In this document: positions 30,258 to 40,494 of the stretch, piece after piece
How the letters are laid out: each line of letters begins with the position of its first letter
Position numbering within the stretch: position 1 is the stretch's first letter
NCBI GenBank assembly: GCA_046075565.1
Contig: JBJTQJ010000040.1
Coordinates: forward strand, 25,487-89,486
Direction: 5' to 3'
DNA: 64,000 nucleotides
Source: Verrucomicrobiales bacterium
GTDB taxonomy: Bacteria; Verrucomicrobiota; Verrucomicrobiia; Verrucomicrobiales; SLCJ01
Notes under the pieces: generated by a model
Seen by the model: the letters and a program-made list of their open reading frames with translations, nothing else
Database searches by the model: none
Told to the model about the DNA's origin: nothing
Translations under genes and position numbers: made by a program

Positions 30258-32263
30258 ATCTGCCACGCCAAGTGCCGGGAGTTTACGGCCTCGCCTATTT
30301 GTTGTGGGCAAAGTCGAGCGGAGAGTGGGTTCTGGGAATACTACTCGCGCTCACTCTTGAACTTCCACGATTGCTCAACCGGCGGATCGAGGTGGACGCC
30401 CGCGCTTACCGCATGGTGTGGCTCATGTCCCTTCTGCTCGAGTGGATCCTCGCCATCAATGGCTGGCTGGAAGGCGGACGCATCGAGTCCATGCGCTCGG
30501 TCTTAAAATGGACGCCGGTAGCGCTGGCGCCATTGGCTGTCGCATCGGCCTGGGCCATCCAACCGGGCATCCCGGTTTCTTCCTTGTTGTTGCTGCTCCG
30601 CAACCGTTTCTCCCGCCCGAGTATGGGTGGCGTGGTTCCGGTGGTGCCGCGCATCGATCCGTTTTTCCCCTACCTATGGGTCCTGCTCGTGGCCACGAGT
30701 TACCAGTCGCCGGGCTCGTTGTTTTTCCCCGCGGCGGTCGTGTTGGTGGCGGCTGCGGTGTTAGCGCAACCAGAACACCGGCGGCGCTTCCATTCTTCCC
30801 TCGCCTGGATAACCATCGCCGTCGGCTTGTCCATGGTTTTTCATACCGGCATCATACGCGTTTACCGATTCGTCGAAAACGCCATCTACGGTCGCATGCA
30901 ATTGCAGGGGCCACAGGAAGTGAACCGAACCCTCGCTCGTATTGGTTCGGTCGGAGAGATCAAACTCTCAAAGCAAGTGCTCTGGTATGTGACCCACGAG
31001 AGCGGTCCGGCACCGGAGTATCTCTACGAGGCCACCTACGATGGATTTGATCCGGTGCAAAACGCGTGGCTGAATAGCCAGCGTGACAACCGGAAATTCG
31101 AACGTGTTCCTTCCAGCAGCGACATCCGACCACCGGATCAATGGTCGCTCGGGGGAACCGGCCAGATAGTCACGCGCGCGCGAGTCAGGGGGGAGATATC
31201 CGAAGAGTTCGCCGTGCTTCCCTTGCCCGAGAACGCGGCGATTATCCAATCCCTGCCCGCCTATCGATTGGATCGAAACGGCCTCGGCGTGGTGCGCGCC
31301 GATTTGGCAAGACCGGTGATCAACATGAGCGTTACGGGCACGACGGGCACGCCGCTGCGCCCGGACCCGGAACCATCCGTGGACCTCGAGCTCGGGCGCG
31401 CCCTGCCTGTCGTCGCGGAAACCGCGGAAAAACTCGGGCTCGCGAACTTGCCGCCTGAGGAAGCGGTCCGACGCATCCGTGGGTTCTTTGCGACGAATTT
31501 CAGTTACACGCGCAAAGCCGGCATGCTGTCGGCACGTTCTTTCCTTGAAACCGAACGCCTCGGGCATTGCGAATATTTCGCAAGCGGCACGGCTTTGCTC
31601 CTCCGCGCGGCGGGCATCCCCTCCCGCTACCACACGGGCTTCGCCCTCGTCGAATTGGACCCGCGCACGCGACAATGGAAAGTCCGCGGCACACACGCCC
31701 ATGCCTGGGCAACCGCATGGCTCGACGGACGTTGGCAGGTCATTGATACCACACCATCGAATTGGCTTGAACAGGATTCCGAAGGGATTGATTTCTGGCA
31801 AATGATGCAGGACTGGTGGGAGGAAAAGCGGCTCGCCTTTCAGGACTGGCGGACCTCAGGGGATACCGGCGGATTGCTTGCATGGCTCGCGCCCACCCTT
31901 GCCGCATTGGTGGTCCTTTACACCATCATTCGGATTCTTTTGCGGCGGAAGAAAAAGCGGACGGTGCGCGTCGAGCCCGTGCATGAGTTGCCCGTTTACG
32001 CAACATGGGAGGCAAATTCGCGCTGGTCGGTATTGCTGCCCGCCCTTGAACGCTCCCGTGGAATGCGGCCGGAAAACTTGCCCGCCCTCACGTGGGTGCG
32101 TGGATTCGAGGACTGGTCTCCGGCTCTGCGTGGACACGCCGCCACCCTCGTGCGCGACCACTACCGCCGCCGCTTCGGCACCGCGGGCAGCGCGGCTCTG
32201 CCAGAGGACCCAGCCCTCCTCCACGCGGAGGAATCCCTGCGCCAGCACCTCGGGATTTCCTGA
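30254..32263 (+). CDS. Membrane transglutaminase-like protein (TgpA-like)
   Basis: N-terminal TM helices; GHCEYFA, HAHAW, W..IDTTP (Cys-His-Asp triad). Confidence 0.9.
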   Translation: MNLPRQVPGVYGLAYLLWAKSSGEWVLGILLALTLELPRLLNRRIEVDARAYRMVWLMSLLLEWILAINGWLEGGRIESMRSVLKWTPVALAPLAVASAWAIQPGIPVSSLLLLLRNRFSRPSMGGVVPVVPRIDPFFPYLWVLLVATSYQSPGSLFFPAAVVLVAAAVLAQPEHRRRFHSSLAWITIAVGLSMVFHTGIIRVYRFVENAIYGRMQLQGPQEVNRTLARIGSVGEIKLSKQVLWYVTHESGPAPEYLYEATYDGFDPVQNAWLNSQRDNRKFERVPSSSDIRPPDQWSLGGTGQIVTRARVRGEISEEFAVLPLPENAAIIQSLPAYRLDRNGLGVVRADLARPVINMSVTGTTGTPLRPDPEPSVDLELGRALPVVAETAEKLGLANLPPEEAVRRIRGFFATNFSYTRKAGMLSARSFLETERLGHCEYFASGTALLLRAAGIPSRYHTGFALVELDPRTRQWKVRGTHAHAWATAWLDGRWQVIDTTPSNWLEQDSEGIDFWQMMQDWWEEKRLAFQDWRTSGDTGGLLAWLAPTLAALVVLYTIIRILLRRKKKRTVRVEPVHELPVYATWEANSRWSVLLPALERSRGMRPENLPALTWVRGFEDWSPALRGHAATLVRDHYRRRFGTAGSAALPEDPALLHAEESLRQHLGIS

Positions 32264-32333
32264 GAAATGACCGCCGGAAGCGGTTCCGGCGTTGCCCGAA
32301 CCGATTCGGCGGCGTATGGTTGTCCTCCCCGCT

Positions 32334-33557
32334 ATGACACCCGCCGCTCCATCTCCCGTTTCCCTTCCCGACGCCCACGGCCACTTCGGTCCCTTCGGTG
32401 GTATGTTTGTGCCGGAGACCCTGATGGCGGCCTTGAGGGAATTGGAAACCGCCTACGCTCAAGCACGGAAAGACCCTGCCTTCCACGCCGAGTTGGATTC
32501 CCTGCTCCACAACTACTGTGGCCGTCCGACTCCGCTTTATTTCGCCGAGCGTTGGACGGAAAAACTGGGAGGCGCGAAAATTTATCTGAAACGCGAAGAC
32601 CTCCTCCACACCGGCGCTCACAAAATCAACAACGCCCTCGGCCAGGTCCTGCTCGCCAAACGCCTCGGCAAAAAACGCATCATCGCCGAAACAGGAGCCG
32701 GACAACACGGAGTCGCCACCGCCACGGTTTGCGCGCGCTTCGGTCTCGAATGTGTCGTCTACATGGGCAAGGTCGATATGGAGCGCCAGGCTCTCAATGT
32801 CGCACGCATGCGCTTCCTCGGGGCCGAAGTGCGAGCCGTCACCGCCGGCCAGCAAACTCTCAAAGAAGCGGTCAATGAAGCGATGCGCGATTGGGTGACC
32901 AATGTCGCGCATACCCATTACATCCTTGGTTCCGCTCTCGGTTCGCATCCCTTTCCCATGATTGTCCGCGATTTCCACCGCGTCATCGGGGTCGAAGCCC
33001 GCGAACAAATTCTCGCCAAGGAAGGTCGCCTGCCGGATCTGCTGGTCGCCTGTGTCGGTGGCGGCTCGAATGCCATCGGCCTTTTCCACCCCTTCATCGA
33101 CGATACCTCGGTGCGCATGGTCGGAGTCGAAGCCGGCGGTGAAGGCATCGTGAAAGGCAAACACGCGGCCCGTTTCCAAGGAGGCAAACTCGGCGTGCTT
33201 CAGGGGACGAAAACTTTCCTACTCGCCGACGATGACGGACAAATCGAACTCACCCATTCGGTCAGCGCCGGTCTCGACTACGCGGCCATCGGCCCCGAGC
33301 ACGCTTGGCTTCAGGATCAAGGTCGCGTGGAATACACGTATGCCACCGATGACGCCGCACTTGCCGCCTTCAAGGAACTCTCTTCCGTCGAAGGTATCTT
33401 GCCAGCTCTCGAATCCGCCCACGCCATGGCCTACATCCATGACGTCGCCCCCCATCTGCCCAAGGACCAACTCATCATCGCCAACTGCTCCGGCCGTGGT
33501 GACAAGGATGTGGCACAAGCCGCGCGGATGATCTTCGGTGAGGAACTGAAGTTCTGA
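32334..33557 (+). CDS. trpB: Tryptophan synthase beta chain
   Basis: [31 protein letters not shown]. Confidence 0.97.
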   Translation: MTPAAPSPVSLPDAHGHFGPFGGMFVPETLMAALRELETAYAQARKDPAFHAELDSLLHNYCGRPTPLYFAERWTEKLGGAKIYLKREDLLHTGAHKINNALGQVLLAKRLGKKRIIAETGAGQHGVATATVCARFGLECVVYMGKVDMERQALNVARMRFLGAEVRAVTAGQQTLKEAVNEAMRDWVTNVAHTHYILGSALGSHPFPMIVRDFHRVIGVEAREQILAKEGRLPDLLVACVGGGSNAIGLFHPFIDDTSVRMVGVEAGGEGIVKGKHAARFQGGKLGVLQGTKTFLLADDDGQIELTHSVSAGLDYAAIGPEHAWLQDQGRVEYTYATDDAALAAFKELSSVEGILPALESAHAMAYIHDVAPHLPKDQLIIANCSGRGDKDVAQAARMIFGEELKF

Positions 33558-33582
33558 TTTCGGAAGCATAAATTCAGATCCC

Positions 33583-34995
33583 ATGACGCGAGCCGTTCAC
33601 TTCATCGGGATCTGCGGCAAAGGCATGGGCGCACTCGCGGCTGCGCTCCACCGCGAGGGCTGGAAAGTGACCGGCTGCGACGAGAACCCGCGCCCACCGA
33701 TGAGCAGCTATCTCGAGGAGGCGGGAATCCACATCGATTCTCCTTGTTGCGCCGAAAACCTTCCGGATGACGGCGCCGAAATCATCGCGGGCAAAAGGAT
33801 ACCGTCCGACCATCCCATCCTCACCGCCCTGCTCGCAAGGCAAGGATCGTGGTCCTCCTTTCCTGCGTTTCTCTCGAAACATTTTCTCTCTAGGTCCCGC
33901 AACGCGGTCGTTGCCGGTGGTGTGGGAAAAACAACCACCACCAGCCTGCTCGCGCATATCCTCCGTCATGCCGGCCTTGATCCGGATTATCTGATCGGAG
34001 CAAAGCCGTTCGGTTTCCCCTCCCCGGCCAAACTTGCCGGAGCAGGCACGTTTGTCATCGAAGGCGATGAGTATGCATCGTGTGGCGACGATCTCCGCCC
34101 GAAGTTCGTCCATTACCATCCGGAAGTGGCGGTCATTACCAATCTGCTCGAGGACCATCCGGATCTTTATGAAAACATGGATATGCTTGCCACGGCCTTT
34201 CGGGCTTTTGTCGCCTTGCTGCCGACGCACGGGCTGCTTGTCCTACCCGATGATGATGCGGACGCCCTCGCCCTCGCCCGTCACGCCGCCTGCCCGGTGA
34301 AGCGAATCGGCTTCGGAGAAAGCGCGGATATACGTATTATTGTTAGAGAAGCCACCCCCGGCTCATCCGGATTTCTCATCGAAGGCACGGCGGTTGATTT
34401 TCCCATGAGCGGTAGGATGAATGTGCGCAACGCCGCCATGGCCATGGTCGCGGCCGGTCATTTTGGGATCCATGCATCCACCTCTGCTGCCGCACTTTCC
34501 TGTTTCGAAGGCATCGAAAAGCGACAGGAATCTCGCGCCATTGGCAGCCTGCATTTGATCACCGACAAGGCCACCCACCCTGCCGCCATCGCGGGCCTTT
34601 TCGAAGCGATCCGCCAGCGTTTTCCCGGACGCCGACTCGTCTCCATCCTGCAACCGCGAGCCACCGGCGGCAAAGCCTGGATCTACCAATCCCAACTACC
34701 GGAAACTCTATCCGCTGCCGACCTCGTCGTGCTTTTCCCGGCCTACGAACACCAGCCTGAACCAGGCCGTGAATGGAAGGGCGGCGCCTTCGATATGGAA
34801 GAACTGGCCCAGGCGACCCGCACCACCGGAACCAGAGTGGAGCAGGCCGCAGGCATCAGTGATACCGCCTCCCTTCTCCCGCGAATCCTGGAATCCGGCG
34901 ATGTCATAGTTCTCAGTCTTCCCGAACAAGCCGCCGCTCTCGATTCCGAGGTTAAAAAAACTCTGGAAAAGCTCGGGTCTCGTCTGTCTCGCTGA
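33583..34995 (+). CDS. Mur ligase family protein (Mpl/MurC-like)
   Basis: HFIGICGKGMGALA, GKTTTTS, IEGDEY, DHPDLY. Confidence 0.85.
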   Translation: MTRAVHFIGICGKGMGALAAALHREGWKVTGCDENPRPPMSSYLEEAGIHIDSPCCAENLPDDGAEIIAGKRIPSDHPILTALLARQGSWSSFPAFLSKHFLSRSRNAVVAGGVGKTTTTSLLAHILRHAGLDPDYLIGAKPFGFPSPAKLAGAGTFVIEGDEYASCGDDLRPKFVHYHPEVAVITNLLEDHPDLYENMDMLATAFRAFVALLPTHGLLVLPDDDADALALARHAACPVKRIGFGESADIRIIVREATPGSSGFLIEGTAVDFPMSGRMNVRNAAMAMVAAGHFGIHASTSAAALSCFEGIEKRQESRAIGSLHLITDKATHPAAIAGLFEAIRQRFPGRRLVSILQPRATGGKAWIYQSQLPETLSAADLVVLFPAYEHQPEPGREWKGGAFDMEELAQATRTTGTRVEQAAGISDTASLLPRILESGDVIVLSLPEQAAALDSEVKKTLEKLGSRLSR

Positions 34996-35025
34996 AGTTC
35001 AACCTCCCTCCACTCGAGAATCCCG

Positions 35026-35062
35026 TTGACACCCCATGGCTCCATGGACCATGGAGCCATGG
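35026..35062 (+). promoter_or_regulatory. TTGACA -35 box plus perfect inverted-repeat operator overlapping the antitoxin start
   Basis: TTGACA at 35026-35031; CCATGGCTCCATGG-A-CCATGGAGCCATGG at 35034-35062. Confidence 0.7.
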
Positions 35063-35295
35063 AAAAGCTCCAAGTTCTTTTTCCGCAGGATTCCATGCGA
35101 CGGCTTCGAGAAGCGGCCAAAGCCGCGGATCGGCCAATGAGCGAGATCGTGCGCAGGGTCACGGAGGATTGGCTGGACGGCCAGCCCGCGGGCTCCCTCG
35201 CCGATCCTTCCATTCCGGTCTTCAACCTTGGCCTGCGTGTCTCGGATACGGAAACACTCAAGGACCTCGCCTACATCCGGGAGGACGAACCATGA
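35059..35295 (+). CDS. Ribbon-helix-helix antitoxin (VapB-like)
   Basis: KLQVLFP...RLREAA...MSEIVRR; ATGA overlap with the PIN gene. Confidence 0.8.
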   Translation: MEKLQVLFPQDSMRRLREAAKAADRPMSEIVRRVTEDWLDGQPAGSLADPSIPVFNLGLRVSDTETLKDLAYIREDEP

Positions 35296-35735
35296 AGAGC
35301 CTCGATACGAATATTCTCGTCCATGCGCTCGACACCGGCTCACCCTACCACTCGGCCTGTTTCCCAATCTACGAGAGCCTGCTGCGCGACCGAAACGAGT
35401 GGCTCGTCGCCGACCAGATGCTGTTCGAGCTTTATCGACTGCTCCGCAATCCCGTGGTTTTCAAAAACCCGCTGGGCGCGTCGCAGGCCACGGGCCTGAT
35501 TGAACGCATCCGCAACGGCGGCGCGGCCATGCACTGCGCTTACGACGCGCGACTCTGGCCAAGAGTCATGGACCTGTTGCGCCGTTTCCCTGACCGCAAA
35601 GGCGACCTCGTTTTTGACGCGGCCTTGGCCGTAACGCTGCAATCCAAAGGGGTCAAGACATTCTACACGCGCAACACGCGCGACTACCAGGCTTTCGAAA
35701 TGTTCGATGTCGTCGACCCGGTGGCGGAAGACTGA
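35292..35735 (+). CDS. vapC: PIN-domain toxin (VapC family)
   Basis: LDTNILV, ELYR, VFDA, YTRNTRDY. Confidence 0.88.
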   Translation: MKSLDTNILVHALDTGSPYHSACFPIYESLLRDRNEWLVADQMLFELYRLLRNPVVFKNPLGASQATGLIERIRNGGAAMHCAYDARLWPRVMDLLRRFPDRKGDLVFDAALAVTLQSKGVKTFYTRNTRDYQAFEMFDVVDPVAED

Positions 35736-35778
35736 GCTACCCGCGCACCGCCTCGACGAGTTGGAACCTCGTGAATGT

Positions 35779-36303
35779 TCACCCTCGGCTGCGCGGAAGA
35801 TCGTGGGGTTGGTAAACGAGAATCCCCTGGTGGTTGCCGAAATTGCGGTCAGCGGAAGCAATTTCCTGGATCCCGAGGCGGAGGGCTACGGCCAGGAAGA
35901 GGGCATCGTTGATCATGTGTGAATAGCGCTTCTACAATTGGAGCGCGGTGATGAAGTCATCCCTCTCGACGGTTTCCAGATCGAGATTGCCATGGAGGAC
36001 AGAGGTGGTGAGCCGCTGGTAGTGATTGAGCTGGGGAATGATTCCGGACGACTTTGCGAGTTTGGCGGCGGGATTGGAGCCGGTGATGAAGCCTTTGCCA
36101 ACTGCTTCCTCCATCATTCAACGATGGCAAAGCTCGCCGAGAACGAGAGTCGTGATCACGCGATTGATGCTGCCGTTGGCGCAACGTCTGATGAACTCGG
36201 CGCATTGGCGTGAGCGCCCGCTCGACGCGTAAAGCAGGATATTGCTGTCCGCCAGCACACGCGCTCCGTCCCGGATATCATCGATGTCATGATTTTGGGT
36301 CAT
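35779..36303 (-). pseudogene. PIN-domain toxin pseudogene with two in-frame stops (TGA 36118-36120, TAG 35932-35934)
   Basis: Single frame: LADSNILLY...ELCHR*MMEEA...ALQL*KRY...NDAL...IASADRNF. Confidence 0.85.
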
Positions 36304-36539
36304 TGGTCGTAGTAGTCAGACTCGATGATTTCGGCGAATTGCTCGTCGGAAAGGCGGGTCGGGCTCCCGAGGATTCGCAGAAGGGAATCCCGCCGGGAGG
36401 TTTTTGTCGGTTTATCCCTGAGGTAGCGCTCAAGGGCGGTCTGTATCACATCTGCCATTGCCAGGCGTTCCCGGGCAGCATAGACCTTCAACGATTGCAG
36501 CAAGTCCTCCTCGATTTGGGTGCCGATTTTGACTTTCAT
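36300..36539 (-). CDS. Ribbon-helix-helix antitoxin
   Basis: KVKIGTQIEEDLLQSLK..AARE...MADVIQTALERYL; ATGA overlap with the PIN pseudogene. Confidence 0.78.
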   Translation of the reverse strand: MKVKIGTQIEEDLLQSLKVYAARERLAMADVIQTALERYLRDKPTKTSRRDSLLRILGSPTRLSDEQFAEIIESDYYDQ

Positions 36540-36696
36540 AGGGCTGACTTTTGTTGAGTTCTTTTCGGGAACACTGGCCAAACAGGGAGGTGCCAAGCAA
36601 TTTTTTCTAGAAACGTCAAGAAATCTTCCTGTTTCTAGATTGGCTCGGGGTCCGCGACAACGGACACGACCCTGCGGGATCGTGTCCCTCCGGTTG

Positions 36697-37812
36697 TCAG
36701 ATGGAATTCGCCGACGGCATTCGCAAGGCCTCCAGAATCTGGAACTTCCCTCCCAAATGCTGCGGGTGGGTGAGCGTCTGGAATTGGCGCAGTCGTTTGG
36801 CCGTATCGGGCACCGGATTCTTTTCCAAATCGAGCAACCAATCCATACCGACGCGGGTCAGCCAGCGGCCTTGATCGAGGCTGGGCGAAACCGCGAATCC
36901 CGCCTTGGCGAGGGCGGAGGCTACCCGGGTCCAGTTGACGTGGGCCGTGATGTCCGAATGCCCGATGGCGGCGAATGGATCGTCAAGAGCCCGATGGTCG
37001 CGATAGGTGCGCAGGGTGCCTTCTGTCCGCGTGCGATGAAAATAGTCTTCCTCTTCGAATCCGTAGTCGGCGAGCAAGACGAGGCCGGTGGAGAGCAGCC
37101 CCACAAGGCCTTCGGCCCAACTTCCAAATCGAGTGCAAAGCTCTGTGGTATAGCCGTCGGGAAATGGCCCGATCTCTTCGGCGGGCAGATGGCACGACCA
37201 TTCGCAAGGCCATGGAGTCGATGCCCATTGGAAAGATGAGGACTCGGTATCATATCCAACGCCCAACCGCGACCACTGACCATTTTCAAACCGGAGGCGT
37301 TCGATCGGAAAAGCATCGAGCAATTCGTTGGCGAAGTAGACAGTCGGCAACGCGGGTTCCATGGCCGATGGGGTTTTCAGCCAGCGTGGCGTGGCACCTA
37401 GCGCGGCCATTGTTTCCGTCTGCACTGCGCGAGTGCGCTCCGATGGCTCGATGATCACGATCTCGGCTGCAGCCCGGCAGGGTTCGGGAAGCGAAGAGAT
37501 CACATCGGCCAACAATCTCCCGTCATTTGCACCCTGTTCCGCCAATTGCCAAGCCGACGGCTTGCCATTTTCTTCCCACCACCTCGCGATGCGTTTTCCC
37601 AACAGAACGCCATAGACTTCTCCCACGCTCACGCTCGTGAAAAAATCACCGCCGCGACCGACGCGGGCGCGCCCGGACCCATAGTAACCATGCTCCGGAT
37701 CATAAAGAGCGGCTTCCATAAAGCGGTCGAAAGAAATCCATCCTTCCGCGTCGGCGATTTCCTCGCGCAAACGAGCGACCAGCTTCGGATCGGATTCGGC
37801 AAGAGTAGTCAC
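36697..37812 (-). CDS. SAM-dependent methyltransferase, MidA/NDUFAF7 family
   Basis: FMEAALYDP.HGYY, GDFFTS, ANELLDAFP, DYG, DITAHVN. Confidence 0.92.
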   Translation of the reverse strand: MTTLAESDPKLVARLREEIADAEGWISFDRFMEAALYDPEHGYYGSGRARVGRGGDFFTSVSVGEVYGVLLGKRIARWWEENGKPSAWQLAEQGANDGRLLADVISSLPEPCRAAAEIVIIEPSERTRAVQTETMAALGATPRWLKTPSAMEPALPTVYFANELLDAFPIERLRFENGQWSRLGVGYDTESSSFQWASTPWPCEWSCHLPAEEIGPFPDGYTTELCTRFGSWAEGLVGLLSTGLVLLADYGFEEEDYFHRTRTEGTLRTYRDHRALDDPFAAIGHSDITAHVNWTRVASALAKAGFAVSPSLDQGRWLTRVGMDWLLDLEKNPVPDTAKRLRQFQTLTHPQHLGGKFQILEALRMPSANSI

Positions 37813-37828
37813 GTTGGAAAGGGGAAAG

Positions 37829-37899
37829 AAAACCACAGTTTTCTCAGATGAGCAAGAATCCAGGTTTATTCGTGTTACTTCGTGTCCATTCGTGGTTTT
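37829..37899. repeat. Small palindromic element with 10-bp periodic TTCGTG repeats
   Basis: Terminal IR AAAACCAC/GTGGTTTT; TTCGTG at 37869, 37879, 37889. Confidence 0.6.
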
Positions 37900-37927
37900 T
37901 CGGCCGTCCTCATTTCAGGATTCGGGC

Positions 37928-39082
37928 TCATGTTTTCAAAGCAGCTACCGCCGCCGCCATACGACGCAGTCCTTCGGCAAGCAGCTCGGGCGGACATCCG
38001 AAATTGAGGCGCAGGAATCCGGGCGCGCCGAAATCACGCCCAGACGAAAGATAGACATCCGCCTTCTCGAGGAAAAACGCATGGGCATCCTCGACCCCGA
38101 GACGATGGGCGTCGATCCACATCAGATAGGTGGCTTCCACCGGATAGGCGTGCAGGCCGGGCAGGGCATTGATGGCGGCGAGGGCGGTGGCATGGTTCGC
38201 GCGAAGAATCCCAAGCACTTCCTCCAGCCAAGAACCACCATGGCGGTAGGCTGTTTCGGCGGCGGTGAGGCTGAGAGAATTCGGATACGGCACGAGGCCG
38301 CCCATGGCGCGTTGGAAAGACCGCCGCAGCGATTCATCGGGAATCACTGCATACGAGAGCCCGAGCCCCGCGATGTTGTAGGTCTTGCTCGGTGCATGCA
38401 GTGTAATCGTGCGCAATCCATTTTCGCCTTCCCAATGGATAGCCGTCTCATGCGGCGTCTTCTGTTTGTCGAGAATCAAATCACAATGGATTTCATCCGA
38501 ACAAAGCACGAGCTGGTGACGCACGCAGAAGGCGCGGATGTCCGCCAGTTCCTCGGCGGTGAAAGCGCGCCCGACCGGATTGTGCGGGTGGCAGAGCAGA
38601 AGCAACCGCGTGTCCGTCGTGAGGGCGGCCTCCATCGCCTCGATATCGACGACGTATTTGTCCGCCGTTTCATCCAAACGCAAAGGGGCCTTCCGGGTTT
38701 CCATCCCGGCATCGCGGGCGGCGGTGAAAAAGGGCGGATAGACCGGAGTGTGGATCATGGCCGATTCTCCGGCTTGGCCCACCGCTCGGCAGGCTACCGA
38801 CAAAGCGGGCACCATACCCGGCAACCAGACCAGCCATTCCGCAGGCACCTCGGCTCCGTGGGTCCCCCGAAGATAGTCGCGCACTGCCTCGACCAATCCC
38901 GGAGTGGCATTGCCATAGCCGAAGACCCCGTGGTCCACCCGCGCCCGCAGGGCCTCGATCACCTCAGGCGGCGAAGTGAAATCCATGTCGGCCACCCAGA
39001 ATGGGAGAATGTCGCGGCCGGGCCGGGCGTGCCGCATCCACTTGATGGAGTCGGTGCCCCGGCGATCAGGAGAAGGAATCAT
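37928..39082 (-). CDS. PatB/MalY family PLP-dependent C-S lyase
   Basis: DRRGTDSIKW, WVADMDF, PHNPVG, SDEIHCD, PSKTYNIAGL. Confidence 0.93.
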   Translation of the reverse strand: MIPSPDRRGTDSIKWMRHARPGRDILPFWVADMDFTSPPEVIEALRARVDHGVFGYGNATPGLVEAVRDYLRGTHGAEVPAEWLVWLPGMVPALSVACRAVGQAGESAMIHTPVYPPFFTAARDAGMETRKAPLRLDETADKYVVDIEAMEAALTTDTRLLLLCHPHNPVGRAFTAEELADIRAFCVRHQLVLCSDEIHCDLILDKQKTPHETAIHWEGENGLRTITLHAPSKTYNIAGLGLSYAVIPDESLRRSFQRAMGGLVPYPNSLSLTAAETAYRHGGSWLEEVLGILRANHATALAAINALPGLHAYPVEATYLMWIDAHRLGVEDAHAFFLEKADVYLSSGRDFGAPGFLRLNFGCPPELLAEGLRRMAAAVAALKT

Positions 39083-39134
39083 GATGCCCAATGAAGGCGG
39101 TTCGCGAGCCCCGGGCAAACGGAGATTGGGGAAA

Positions 39135-39773
39135 TCACTCGGCCTTTTTTGGCGCGGGCTGGGCGTAAGTCACGCGCACGGCGGTCGGTTCGCCCTCCGC
39201 GCCCGGCTCGGCCTGCATTTCGACCCATTGATCAGCGGTGGATTTCGAGACGAGTTTGACGGTCTCGCGGGTCACCTTTCCCCCGGAGCTGCGGGTGTTG
39301 CGCTCGGCAGAAAATCCTTTGCCATCCAACGCGGCCCATGCCTCGACCAAAGCCGCCGGCTTGGCTGGGCTGGTGCCCTTAAGTTTGCCTGTTAGCACCG
39401 GGCCTTCCCATTCCCGACCGAGTCCGGCCGGTTTGAATCCTTCAATGGCGGGAATCCAATCCGGCAACTTCTCGATGCGCACGCTCGGAGCCTCGGGGTC
39501 TTCACCCGGCTTCACCGGTTTTGCAGGATCATCCTTCTCGCCCTCGCCGCCTTCCTCTTTTTTTTCCTGGGCCTTCTTCACCTCATCGGCCAGTTTGCCC
39601 AGCAGCGCATCCAAATCCTCTTTCTTCACATCGGGCACCTCCACCCCCGCATCTTTGGCCGCCTTGCGGGCGGCATCAATCGCCGCCTTGGCCTGATCGG
39701 CATCCTGTGCAGCGACCGGCAATTGGGCGGTAAAGGTGATCGCAAAAATGGAAACCAGAAGGGAGTAGCGCAT
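39135..39773 (-). CDS. Secreted hypothetical protein
   Basis: Signal peptide MRYSLLVSIFAITFTAQLPVAA; charged linker. Confidence 0.7.
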   Translation of the reverse strand: MRYSLLVSIFAITFTAQLPVAAQDADQAKAAIDAARKAAKDAGVEVPDVKKEDLDALLGKLADEVKKAQEKKEEGGEGEKDDPAKPVKPGEDPEAPSVRIEKLPDWIPAIEGFKPAGLGREWEGPVLTGKLKGTSPAKPAALVEAWAALDGKGFSAERNTRSSGGKVTRETVKLVSKSTADQWVEMQAEPGAEGEPTAVRVTYAQPAPKKAE

Positions 39774-39884
39774 TGGACCCCGAGTTTGGCAGAATTCAGG
39801 GCGGTTTTCAATGAGAATCGGGGGGGTCGCCCGGACGACCCAACCCACACTTGCCGGGATGAGGGGATGGGCGGATGGTTCGGG

Positions 39885-40460
39885 ATGCCGCGCGCCCGCA
39901 CCATCATTCTGATTTTGTCCCTTCTCGCCATGGGGTTCGGGAGTTATTTGTTGTTCCAGGATCATGCGAAGCGGAATCCCGGTGGGTCGGCGGCGGGTCC
40001 GCCGTTCCGGATGAGCGACCGGATTGCCACGCTGAAGGTGGAGGGCACGGGAGAGAGCAAACGGTTTGTTTTCGAGTCGAAAAACGGACGTCGTGAGATG
40101 ACACCGGAGGAATTCGCGGTGGAAGTGGCAAAACAGCAGGAGAAGAAGCAATCGGGCGGCTGGTGGTTCCGGGTGCTCGATATCACGAGCATGCAGGGGG
40201 TCTTCTGGGTGGTGCTCGGGTTCGCGGGCCAGTTCATGTTCACCGGTCGCATGCTGGTGCAATGGATTGCCAGCGAACGGGCGAAACGCTCGGTCGTCCC
40301 TCCGGCTTTCTGGTGGATGAGCTTGTTCGGATCTTCCCTGCTCATCATCTACTTCTGGTGGCGCGTGGATGTGGTTGGCATCCTCGGCCAAGCCACGGGC
40401 TGGATTGTCTATATCCGGAACCTGCTTCTGTTGAAGAATTCCAGGACCGAAGAACCCTAG
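39885..40460 (+). CDS. Lipid-A-disaccharide synthase N-terminal (LAB_N) domain membrane protein
   Basis: GFAGQFMFTGRMLVQWIASERAKRSVVPPAFWWMSL...YIRNL. Confidence 0.88.
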   Translation: MPRARTIILILSLLAMGFGSYLLFQDHAKRNPGGSAAGPPFRMSDRIATLKVEGTGESKRFVFESKNGRREMTPEEFAVEVAKQQEKKQSGGWWFRVLDITSMQGVFWVVLGFAGQFMFTGRMLVQWIASERAKRSVVPPAFWWMSLFGSSLLIIYFWWRVDVVGILGQATGWIVYIRNLLLLKNSRTEEP

Positions 40461-40494
40461 TGTGGTCCGCCGTGCAAACGACATATCAACCGAT

